Assembly (NCBI GenBank): GCA_022843405.1
Contig: JALHNQ010000010.1
Coordinates: 8,957-72,956 of the forward strand
Length of the DNA stretch: 64,000 nucleotides
Origin: Methylocystis sp.
GTDB lineage: Bacteria; Pseudomonadota; Alphaproteobacteria; Rhizobiales; Beijerinckiaceae
Direction of reading: 5' to 3'
Part shown: positions 8,450-17,018 of the stretch, piece after piece
Layout: the number at the start of each line of letters is the position of its first letter
Position numbering within the stretch: the first letter of the stretch is position 1
The notes under the pieces: model-generated
Seen by the model: the letters and a program-made list of their open reading frames with translations, nothing else
Databases searched by the model: none
What the model was told of the DNA's origin: nothing
Made by a program: the position numbers and the translations under genes

Positions 8450-9886
8450 TCAATCGGCGACCGGCGTTGAATCGCTTTGGACGCCACGTCCGATCACGAT
8501 CTGGCCGACCGACCCTTCGACGTGAAACGCGAGGCCCGTCATTTTGGCGAAGAGGTCGATATCGCCGACGCCAATCGCGCAGGCGCCGATCTCCATCTCG
8601 GTCGCCATCAGATAGAGCGTCTGCATCAGCACGCCGACATGTTTTAGAACAAGCGCATAGGCGAAGCCGCTGTATTTCCATGACACGCGGCTAAAACGCG
8701 CCGCCATTGTGACGAGGACTTGCGGGACCCCCGGCGCGCCCATGGCGAATTGCGCGTCCTCCAGCATCGCGGCAAGCCAATGTTCACTCGTCTCGATCAG
8801 AACAAGAGCGTGGCGGTTGGCGTCGTAATGATAAAAGCCGCGCGCCAAACCCTCACATCTGTCGACGGCGAGATAGAGCTCCAATTCGTAGCTCGCGCCG
8901 CCGGACGGATAGGGACGAGGGGCGACCTCCAACTCCGGCCCTTCCTCGTCTTCGTCGGGCGATCGCTCCCGCGATATAATTCGCGCGGCGCCGCCGAGGA
9001 GCCGCGCGACCTCCGCCAGCGTGATCGGGCGCCGCTCATCGAAGGCGCGCGTCGAGCGCCGCCGTCTCAACAGTGAGGCAAAGGCCGAGGGCGGCGCCGT
9101 ATCAAGCGTCGTCAGGTCGATCGCCGGCCCTGGCCAACTCGGCCGTATCGCAGGCGGCGGCGCTGCGAGATGCGCGTGGGCGTAGAGCCCGCCGGTGGGA
9201 TTGGCGTGCCGTCCGTTGGTGCTGCGGGTATGGAACAGCAGATCGTGGAAGTCCCATAGAACGAGATCGCCGTCGCCTTCGGCCGCGCGCAGCCCTTGGT
9301 CGGCGTCGCGACCGGGCGCGAATAGAATCTGGCCGTCGAGGAGCAGCGCCAGCAGCTCGACGCCCGGAAAGTCCGCCGATTCACGAAGCTCTCTCACATT
9401 ACGCGCCGCCGACAGATGTGCGATCATTGCTGTGACGCTTGGGTCGCACAGTCGGAAAAGCGCACTCGCGCGCGGGGATTCGAGCACCAGGTCTGCGCCG
9501 CGCCGTCGCATATAGGCGAAGCGTGACAACGTCAGCGCGCGATCCTCGTCGATCTCGACCATCCGTGGCGCATAGTCGCGCATCTGCGGCTCGATGACGA
9601 TGAGATCGGGATCGCCCGGCGCGCGAGCCAGCCGATATTCGACGAGACCGTAAAGCGCCAGCCTTCGAACGAGTTCGCTTATCTCCGCGTCCGCATCCCC
9701 ATCGAACGCAACGCCGGTCTCGAAGTCGGCGGCGCGCGCTGTGACGTCGGCGCCGAACTTTCCGAACGCCACGGTTCGACCGTCGAAAATGGCTGAGAGG
9801 CCGCCCGCAGCGTTGGGCTCGAGCGTGATGCCAGGATTAAGTCGAGCGAAGAGCCGCGCCGGCGGTGGGGACGAATCGCTAAGCAA
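8450..9886 (-). CDS. SagB/ThcOx-family FMN-dependent azoline oxidase (RiPP dehydrogenase)
   Basis: RRRRSTRAF, RPYPSGGASYELELY, catalytic-type WKY (RVSWKYSGFAY) and GVLMQTLYLMAT. TTG start 1 nt after the YcaO stop. Confidence 0.92.
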   Translation of the reverse strand: MLSDSSPPPARLFARLNPGITLEPNAAGGLSAIFDGRTVAFGKFGADVTARAADFETGVAFDGDADAEISELVRRLALYGLVEYRLARAPGDPDLIVIEPQMRDYAPRMVEIDEDRALTLSRFAYMRRRGADLVLESPRASALFRLCDPSVTAMIAHLSAARNVRELRESADFPGVELLALLLDGQILFAPGRDADQGLRAAEGDGDLVLWDFHDLLFHTRSTNGRHANPTGGLYAHAHLAAPPPAIRPSWPGPAIDLTTLDTAPPSAFASLLRRRRSTRAFDERRPITLAEVARLLGGAARIISRERSPDEDEEGPELEVAPRPYPSGGASYELELYLAVDRCEGLARGFYHYDANRHALVLIETSEHWLAAMLEDAQFAMGAPGVPQVLVTMAARFSRVSWKYSGFAYALVLKHVGVLMQTLYLMATEMEIGACAIGVGDIDLFAKMTGLAFHVEGSVGQIVIGRGVQSDSTPVAD

Positions 9887-9887
9887 G

Positions 9888-12155
9888 TCAGGTGCGGGGA
9901 AACAATGGATTGAGATCGGCTTCCCGTACCGGCCGCTTGCGCAGACCTAACGCGACGGGAACGTCATAGAGGCGGCCGGGACCAAAGCGGCGATAGAAAT
10001 GCCGCAGCCCCGGAACGATCACTCGGACCACCGGCACGTCAATGTCGGGGCGCGTCTGATCGAGGACGAGGAAATCATATCCAGCCCGCGCGGCGAGCTT
10101 GACGCAGGCCAGAACCTGGTCACGGCCGTCGAGCTGGGCAAAGTTCTTGAACCGCGACCGCCCGAACGACGCTTTGCCCTGCGGCCGCAAATAGGCGTGC
10201 TTGCGCAAGGGCAAAGGGTCGCTTCCGTAATCGTCGTCTGGCCCGGGCGCAGGGCGGCCGCCGAGGCTCTCGATGGCAAGAAACTGGTTGAGCTCGGTCA
10301 TGGCGCGTAGCGTCGCGATTCGTGGATCGAAATGGGCGCCCGCCGCGACTTCGATATATTCCCGGCCGTCCTCGGTCCAATGGGCGACGGCGACGACGAC
10401 CGGAATGCCGAGATCGCTCGTTACGTCCAGCGCCCAGACGTCGCGGCCCATCCTGGCGAAGACGGCGCGGAGGTCGTTCACATAGCTGTCGCCGAGCTTG
10501 TCGAGATCGATCTCCGGACAACGCAACCGGTTGTACCACCAGATTGCATATGCATCACGCTCAACGAGTTCGAGGAAGCCTTGGATAATCGCTTCCTCGA
10601 TCGTATTGCCCGCCGCGCAACCGTTCGAATCAGCGCTGATCTCATTCGCGCAGCCGGACTCGTGGAAGAAATACAGAAGCCCGGTGGGAACGTATTTGAA
10701 GCCCTCGTCGCGCAGCGACCACACGGGCGACCATTCCGTCTCCGCGGCGGGATCGAAGCGCTGCGCGCCCTCGCCGCAGCCGCCGCTTTTTGCGCCCTGC
10801 TCATATTGCGCGTCGCTATAGTGCAAAATGTCGTTAGGCAGGATCGCCTCGCCCGCCGGGAAATCCGTATATCGCCGGACGGTCCTGATCTCGTCGCCCT
10901 GGAAAATCCCGCAGTAGCGCTCGATCGCCTCCATCAGCGCGCTTGCCTCGCCCTGTTCGGCGACGCTGCCCTTGCCATAGCTGTCGCCGCTCAGCCCGGC
11001 CTGAAGGGCGTCGACCGTTTCGGGGCGCGGCGAAAAATTGTGTCTGGCGACAAAGCTCGCGTCGAGCGGCTGTTGGCTCTTGATCCGATCAAGATGCGAT
11101 ACGACGCCGGTCAGCGGGCTGACATGCTTGCGATTGCGGGCAAGGGTGTCGCCCGGCGCGACTGATCGATAGCCCCCGCTCGTCACGACGCTCGCGCTGC
11201 CGGCATGCAGCGGGATGGGCGTGGGCGTTCGCGCGGGATCGCGCAGCTCGGGGTCGCCGCAGCTTGGGCATTGCGGCCGAGCCGGCACATAATGCCGTGC
11301 GACGGTCGAGCCCATCAGATCCAGGCTCACGATATGCTGGTGCAGATCGGTGCGGAAGCCGCTGGCGATCGCCTTGGCGATCTCCGCGGCGGCGAGGCCA
11401 GCGCCGCTCAGCCCGAGCGGATGGGCGCCGAGCGGCGAGACGGCGACGCAGCGCGCCTCCTTGCGGCCGAGGAACGCCTTGACCTGTCGGTTCCAGTTCA
11501 TCCGATCGGTGAGGCATCTCCAGCAGGCGCTCTTGCCAGGGCTGAAGATCGGGCCGACCAGCGGGAAAACGCCGGACGGCTGAACCAGCAGCCACTCCTG
11601 CTTTTCCTCGAGCCGCCGGCGGTTGAACTCCGCGAGCTGGCTTTCGAGATAATCGCCGACTAGGGCGACGATCAGATCGCCGCCGCGCTTCACGACCTTG
11701 ACGCCGAAAACGTCCAGCGCCTCCGCCAGCGCGCCCGCGCCGCCTATCCCGAGGGATTCGATCCGAACGGAGACCTTTTGCAGATTTTTTTCGGCGACGT
11801 CGGGCGGCAGGCCGAGACTGGCCCAATAGGCCGCCGCGATCCCATCGGATGCGGCCGCCGGGATGACGAAACGGCGATCAAGCAGGCGCTTGAACGCCTC
11901 GTCTATGGCGTCGACCGGAAACTCTGCGGAGAGCGCATCACGTATGGCGTGGGCGTCCTCTCCCGCGCCGATCCGCTCCGCCAGCGCGCAGTAGAGCGCG
12001 CCATGCAGAAAAAACTTTCTGTCCTCGGAATAAAGGCAGACAGCGTCAGGCGGCAGCACATAGACAGAAAAATTGGGCGAGAATCGAAGGGCGTCGCCAA
12101 ACGGCGCTTCTGGAACCTGCTTCCGCGAAAGCGATCCGGATGCTTCAACTGTCAT
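9888..12155 (-). CDS. Fused E1-like/RRE - YcaO cyclodehydratase (azoline-forming, C-D fusion)
   Basis: E1-like part with CWRC...CPSC Zn motifs and LVGPIF. YcaO motifs SYGKG, SALMEAIERY, DSNGCAAGN, ELVERDAYAIWW, VVRVIVPGL and a Pro-containing C-terminus LNPLFPRT. Confidence 0.95.
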   Translation of the reverse strand: MTVEASGSLSRKQVPEAPFGDALRFSPNFSVYVLPPDAVCLYSEDRKFFLHGALYCALAERIGAGEDAHAIRDALSAEFPVDAIDEAFKRLLDRRFVIPAAASDGIAAAYWASLGLPPDVAEKNLQKVSVRIESLGIGGAGALAEALDVFGVKVVKRGGDLIVALVGDYLESQLAEFNRRRLEEKQEWLLVQPSGVFPLVGPIFSPGKSACWRCLTDRMNWNRQVKAFLGRKEARCVAVSPLGAHPLGLSGAGLAAAEIAKAIASGFRTDLHQHIVSLDLMGSTVARHYVPARPQCPSCGDPELRDPARTPTPIPLHAGSASVVTSGGYRSVAPGDTLARNRKHVSPLTGVVSHLDRIKSQQPLDASFVARHNFSPRPETVDALQAGLSGDSYGKGSVAEQGEASALMEAIERYCGIFQGDEIRTVRRYTDFPAGEAILPNDILHYSDAQYEQGAKSGGCGEGAQRFDPAAETEWSPVWSLRDEGFKYVPTGLLYFFHESGCANEISADSNGCAAGNTIEEAIIQGFLELVERDAYAIWWYNRLRCPEIDLDKLGDSYVNDLRAVFARMGRDVWALDVTSDLGIPVVVAVAHWTEDGREYIEVAAGAHFDPRIATLRAMTELNQFLAIESLGGRPAPGPDDDYGSDPLPLRKHAYLRPQGKASFGRSRFKNFAQLDGRDQVLACVKLAARAGYDFLVLDQTRPDIDVPVVRVIVPGLRHFYRRFGPGRLYDVPVALGLRKRPVREADLNPLFPRT

Positions 12156-12243
12156 TTGGTTGTCGCGCGCTCCCCCGTCTTGTCGCGCCCAGCCGCGACA
12201 AGATTCGCTCGATCAGGAATCGGAGACAAGGCGCACGGGCGAC

Positions 12244-12299
12244 GTGGTGAAGCACTTCCGCACCACGCGACCGCCTCGGCCTGCGGCGCAGCCCGAGGC
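12244..12299 (-). promoter_or_regulatory. Two GC-rich hairpins between precursor and YcaO (possible mRNA stabiliser or attenuator)
   Basis: GTGGTG-AAGcaCTT-ccg-CACCAC (12244-12266) and GCCTCGG-c-CTGC-ggc-GCAG-c-CCGAGGC (12273-12299). No clear U-tract. Confidence 0.4.
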
Positions 12300-12337
12300 C
12301 TAACCCACCGCTCAGCCATTAAATGTGCGTCGGCGCG

Positions 12338-12682
12338 TCACCAGCAACCACGGCAGCCGCAGCCGCGACAGCCCCTGCAGCCGCACCCGCGGCACCCGCA
12401 GCCCCTACAGCCGCGGCATCCCCACCACCATGCGACCTGCTCGGTCTTCACGGCCGGGACTTCTTCGCGATCGAAAAGGCGGAATGAATTCAGCCCCACA
12501 TCGAACACTTCCTGTTCGCGGAGGTCGATTGTGCGCGTCCTGCTCGTTTCCGGCGTCGCTGCGGCGTCAGCAGGAGAGCTGTCCACGCAGGCGGCGCCCG
12601 CGAGTGACAAGGATACGCCCATCACGCCGAGCGCCTTTTTGCCTCGGCCTTTGCTCTGTGGGCTGTCCGATGAGCGCGCCAT
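12338..12682 (-). CDS. RiPP (linear azole-containing peptide) precursor, 114 aa, with a Gly-Cys/Arg repeat core
   Basis: GGAGG RBS 6 nt before ATG 12682. Ends ...EQVAWWWGCRGCRGCGCRGCGCRGCRGCGCRGCW. First gene of the operon with YcaO and SagB. Confidence 0.9.
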   Translation of the reverse strand: MARSSDSPQSKGRGKKALGVMGVSLSLAGAACVDSSPADAAATPETSRTRTIDLREQEVFDVGLNSFRLFDREEVPAVKTEQVAWWWGCRGCRGCGCRGCGCRGCRGCGCRGCW

Positions 12683-13176
12683 TAGAGTCCTCCCCAACGA
12701 TATTCAAAAACGCATCAGGGCAGATAATAGCGCTCATCTGGCGGCGGTCAATGCTCGCTCCAGGCTCAGCCCATATGAGACGGCTTACCTTGGCTGAGAG
12801 CTTGGGCATACTTTGCTAAGGTTTTTTCCGCCAAGCGCGTCGTGCGGCCTGTGGTGATTGAATCGATAAGCGAAGTCATAGGTGGCGTTGAGCTCGCATC
12901 GACAGGTTGATTGGGCGCGCTCGACGCAGCCGTTAACCCTGTGCGCGGACTGTGACGGACTGATGCGCCACGGTGAGGACGTTGCGCCCATCCGGTCGGA
13001 CTCCTTTCGTTGCGACACAGCATGAGCGCCGCCGCCATGCCTACCTCAACCGCATCATGGTCTTTCTTTGAGTTGCGTAGTGACGTCCTCGCCGCACGCA
13101 GCGCTTTTTTGGCGATGATGACTGATTTCGGGTCGGCATCTTGCGCGCGCGCTCACGAGAGGCCGACGTGTTTCAG

Positions 13177-14763
13177 CTATCCAATCTTGATCACAACGCC
13201 TTCATTGCCACGAAGCTCGAGCTTGGCGTGGACACGGTCACCGCTTCGCCCGCTATGTGTCGACAGCGCGATCGCGCCGGAAAGACCATTTGGCAGCGAA
13301 AAACTTCGGGTGTCATGACAAAAATTCAGCGCGACCAAAATCTGGTCGGCGCCGTGAAGCCGCTCATAGGCAAGAACATGATCGCTCGCGTGAAGCAGCC
13401 GCTGAGAACCTATGCCGAGCGCGGGGTGCGCGCGTCTGTAATGAAGCAGCTTGCTGGTGAGGCGGAGAATAGACGTGTCGTCCTCACGCATTGTCGCAAC
13501 GTTTCGCGTCGCAAAATCAGGCGTGAGCGGAAGCCAGGGCTCGCGCGTCGAGAATCCTGCGAAGGCGCTGGCGTCCCATTGCATCGGCGTTCGCGACGGA
13601 TCGCGGCCGACGCCAAGATCGGGCTCTCGCATGCTCCAGGGGTCCTGCGCGCGTTCCGGCGCAATATCGACGTGGCCGATTCCGATCTCATCGCCATAAT
13701 AGAGCGTCGGCGTACCGTGCAGCGTCAAGAGTAGCATCGTCGCGAGCCGCGCTTGTGCGGCGCCAACGCGCGCCGCGATGCGCGGCCTGTCGTGATTGCT
13801 GAGCACCCAATTCGGCCAGGCGCCCCGCGGCAAAGCCGCTTCATACTTTTCGATAATGTTGGCGATCGACGCAGCGTCCCAGCGCGCGTCGAGCAACTGA
13901 AAATTGAACGGCAAGTGTACGCCGCCAAGCTCTTTCCCGTAATAGGCGACCAGCCTCTCGATCGGCAGATAGATTTCGCCGATCAGCACCCGGTCGGGAA
14001 ACTCATCGACGACTCGCCGAATCTCCGCGATCACGTCGTGAACCTCAGGCTGATCGGACGAATAGGTCTGCGCAAGCCGCGCAATATCCGGCCCCTCGCC
14101 GGCGAAATTCGGATTGGCCGGATTGTCCCGGAAGGCGGCGTCCTTAACAATATGCGAGATGACGTCGACGCGAAAACCGTCGACGCCGCGCCGCAGCCAG
14201 AAGCGCAGCACATCGTGCATCGCGGCGCGCACTTGCGGATTGCGCCAGTTGAGATCGGGCTGCTCAGGCAAGAATGAATGCAGATAATATTGCCGCGTTC
14301 CCTCGTCCAAGCTCCAAGCGCTTCCTCCGAAGTGGCTGAACCAATTGTTGGGCGGTCCGCCATCGGGCGCGGCGTCGCGCCAGAGATACCAGTCGCGCAA
14401 GGGATTATCGCGACCGCTTCTGCTCGCGAGAAACCAGGGATGTTCATTGGAAGTGTGGTTGGGCACGAAGTCGATGATGATTTTCAGGCCCTTCGCATGC
14501 GCCGCCGAGACCAGCGCGTCAAAATCATCCAGGGATCCGAATAGCGGATCGACGTCGCAATAGTCCGAAACGTCATAGCCAAAGTCATGCATCGGAGAGG
14601 GATAGAAAGGCGAAAGCCAGATCGCGTCTATCCCCAGCCAGACGAGATAGTCGAGCCGTTGACGCACGCCATCGAGATCGCCGACGCCGTCGCCATTCGT
14701 ATCTTGAAAGGAGCGTGGATAGATTTGATAGATCGTCGCCGCTCGCCACCAGTCGTCGGGCAT
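13177..14763 (-). CDS. GH13 alpha-glucosidase / oligo-1,6-glucosidase family
   Basis: WWRAATIYQIYPRSFQD, DFVPNHTS, GFRVDVI, IGEIY and LSNHD catalytic motifs. Start MPDDWW at 14763. Confidence 0.95.
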   Translation of the reverse strand: MPDDWWRAATIYQIYPRSFQDTNGDGVGDLDGVRQRLDYLVWLGIDAIWLSPFYPSPMHDFGYDVSDYCDVDPLFGSLDDFDALVSAAHAKGLKIIIDFVPNHTSNEHPWFLASRSGRDNPLRDWYLWRDAAPDGGPPNNWFSHFGGSAWSLDEGTRQYYLHSFLPEQPDLNWRNPQVRAAMHDVLRFWLRRGVDGFRVDVISHIVKDAAFRDNPANPNFAGEGPDIARLAQTYSSDQPEVHDVIAEIRRVVDEFPDRVLIGEIYLPIERLVAYYGKELGGVHLPFNFQLLDARWDAASIANIIEKYEAALPRGAWPNWVLSNHDRPRIAARVGAAQARLATMLLLTLHGTPTLYYGDEIGIGHVDIAPERAQDPWSMREPDLGVGRDPSRTPMQWDASAFAGFSTREPWLPLTPDFATRNVATMREDDTSILRLTSKLLHYRRAHPALGIGSQRLLHASDHVLAYERLHGADQILVALNFCHDTRSFSLPNGLSGAIALSTHSGRSGDRVHAKLELRGNEGVVIKIG

Positions 14764-14780
14764 GACGTTTTCTCGCTGCG

Positions 14781-16970
14781 TTAAGCGCAGACAATGCGCA
14801 GACGCGCGGAGAGTAGCCTGTCCGGATCGGCGCTGAGTCCAGCAAAAATATCGACATCGCCCGGCTCGACGACAGGCTCCATATCCTCCCCGGGAAACTG
14901 GAACGCCTCCGCGCTCAGAGCGAAGTCGACCGTCGCGGTTTCTCGCGGTTGTAGAGCGACTTTCGTCCAATCCTTCAGCTCGATCAGCGGGCGCGCCACG
15001 CTCGCAATCCTGTCGCGCGCAAAGAGAAATATCGTTTCCTCGGTCGCGATGTCGCTCTCGCTGCGCACGTCGACTCTGACTTTCGCCGGTTGGCTTGTGT
15101 TCAGTTCGGCGCAGTCGACGCGCAAATTCGATAAGGTCGTGCGCGAAAAGGAAAGGCCGTGGCCGAAGGGAAACTGTGGATCGTTCGAACAGTCGAGATA
15201 TCTACTCGTGTAAGGATTGGCGGCGTCGAAAGGCCGGCCAGTCGATCGCGCCGAATAGAAAATCGGAACTTGTCCGACCTCTTGCGGCCAGGTGACGGCG
15301 AGCCGGGCGCTAGGATTGAAGCGGCCCGTCAGAATGTCGGCGATCGCCTCGCCTGCCCTATCGCCGAGAAACCATGCGGCGACGACCGCCTGCGCACGTT
15401 CGAAAAGCCAGGGGACAGCCAGCGGCCGCCCGCAGAACAGTAGCGCGACCGTCGGCGCGCCGGCGCTCATAACGCGCTCCGCAAGCTGGCGCTGCTTTCC
15501 AGGCAGGCCGAGCGCGGCGCGGCAGGCGGCCTCGCCGCTCATGCCCGCTGACTCGCCCAGACAGAGCACGACGGCGTCAGCGCCTTTCACCAGAGCGCAG
15601 GCGGGTGCGATGCCGCTCTCGTCGTCGCCCTCGATCGCGACGCCGCTGTGATGCGCTATCTCGCAGTTCGGTAGAGCGCGGCGCAGTCCTGCGAAGGTCG
15701 TGACGCAATTCTCGGCGCCGCCTGCCGCGGACCAGGGACCGAGCATATCCGCGCCCGCATCAGCGAGAGGTCCGATAATGGCGATGCGGCGCACGTTGGC
15801 GGAAAGCGGCAGAAGACCGCGATTGGTTAGGAGAGTCGCAGACCGCCGGGCCGCTTCCAGCGCAAGCCTGCGATGAGTTTCCTTGGCGCCGGCGTCCAAC
15901 CGGACGACACGATAGGGGTCGTCGAAAAGCCCCAGGCGATCCTTCAACTGCAGCACGCGTGCGACAGCGGCGTCGATATCGCGCATATCGACGAGGCAGC
16001 GATCGAGCGCTTCCGGCAGATGCGCGAGATAGACGCCGCTGACCATATCCATGTCTACGCCCGCCTTGAGCGCGATCGCCGCCGCCTCGACCGAATCGGC
16101 GGCGACGCCGTGCTCCACTAGTTCAGCGATCGCCGTGTAATCGCTCATGATGACGCCGTCGAATTTGAGCCGGCGCCGCAGATATCCATTCAACAGTCGG
16201 CGTTGCGCAGCCATGGGCGCGCCATTCACATTGTTGAACGCCGTCATGACCGCCGCGCAGCCGGCCTCCAGGGCGGCGCGAAACGGCGGTAGATAGACTT
16301 CATGCAGCGCGCGTTCGGAGACGTCCACAGCGGCATAGTCGCGCCCTGCCGTCGCGGCGCCGCCGGCGCAAAAATGCTTGGCGGTCGCCGCGAGGGGATA
16401 AAATCGCGAGAAGTCGTCGCCCTGAAAGCCTCTTACCTTCGCCTGCGCGAATTTTTCTCCCACCAACGGATCCTCGCCAGGACCTTCGGCGATGCGGCCC
16501 CAACGCGGGTCGCGGGACACATCGAGCATCGGCGCGAAGGTGAGATGGATTCCCTCGCTCGCCGCCTCCAACGCCGCGGCGCGGGCGGTGCGCTCCCATA
16601 ATCGAGAATCGAAGGCGCCGGTTTCCGCAAGCGGAATGGGAAAAATCGTTCGGTGTCCGTGCAGCACGTCGAGTCCGAAGAGCAGCGGCACGCCTAGCCG
16701 GGTCTCTTCAACCGCGCTGCGCTGCGCGCACGCCAGCGCGTCTAGTCCCCAGAGGTTGAAAACGCCGCCCACTCGACCAGCGCATATGTCTTTGGTCGTA
16801 TCGCCGCAGACGACGGGACCAGTGACCGCTTGGCCGGCCGTCACGAGGTTGAGCTGGCCAAGCTTTTCTTCCAGCGTCATCGCGCGCAACAGGCAATCGA
16901 TACGGCTCAAGGCGTCGTCCCGCAGTTTGGCAGTGCGCCGCAGCAGAACATGACCCTCGCTTCGGCGCAA
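14781..16970 (-). CDS. GH3 beta-glucosidase (BglX-like)
   Basis: MTLEEKLGQL, DVLHGH, RDPRWGRIAEGPGEDP, KHF, nucleophile MSDY, GESAGMSGE, FPFGHGLSF and an Fn3-like tail. Start uncertain. Confidence 0.93.
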   Translation of the reverse strand: MRRSEGHVLLRRTAKLRDDALSRIDCLLRAMTLEEKLGQLNLVTAGQAVTGPVVCGDTTKDICAGRVGGVFNLWGLDALACAQRSAVEETRLGVPLLFGLDVLHGHRTIFPIPLAETGAFDSRLWERTARAAALEAASEGIHLTFAPMLDVSRDPRWGRIAEGPGEDPLVGEKFAQAKVRGFQGDDFSRFYPLAATAKHFCAGGAATAGRDYAAVDVSERALHEVYLPPFRAALEAGCAAVMTAFNNVNGAPMAAQRRLLNGYLRRRLKFDGVIMSDYTAIAELVEHGVAADSVEAAAIALKAGVDMDMVSGVYLAHLPEALDRCLVDMRDIDAAVARVLQLKDRLGLFDDPYRVVRLDAGAKETHRRLALEAARRSATLLTNRGLLPLSANVRRIAIIGPLADAGADMLGPWSAAGGAENCVTTFAGLRRALPNCEIAHHSGVAIEGDDESGIAPACALVKGADAVVLCLGESAGMSGEAACRAALGLPGKQRQLAERVMSAGAPTVALLFCGRPLAVPWLFERAQAVVAAWFLGDRAGEAIADILTGRFNPSARLAVTWPQEVGQVPIFYSARSTGRPFDAANPYTSRYLDCSNDPQFPFGHGLSFSRTTLSNLRVDCAELNTSQPAKVRVDVRSESDIATEETIFLFARDRIASVARPLIELKDWTKVALQPRETATVDFALSAEAFQFPGEDMEPVVEPGDVDIFAGLSADPDRLLSARLRIVCA

Positions 16971-17018
16971 TAATCCGTTCTAAGCTGAAACTACCATTGG
17001 CAGATTTCTAGACCGCAA

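Noticed and set aside
12338-12430. Tandem GCAGCC-like repeats as a possible CRISPR array or VNTR
   Set aside because: No constant repeat-spacer structure and no cas genes. The repeat is explained by the coding core of the RiPP precursor.
12803-12818. TGGGCATACTTTGC as a sigma54 promoter for the RiPP operon
   Set aside because: The GG-GC spacing is 9 rather than 10 nt, and it lies on the wrong strand.
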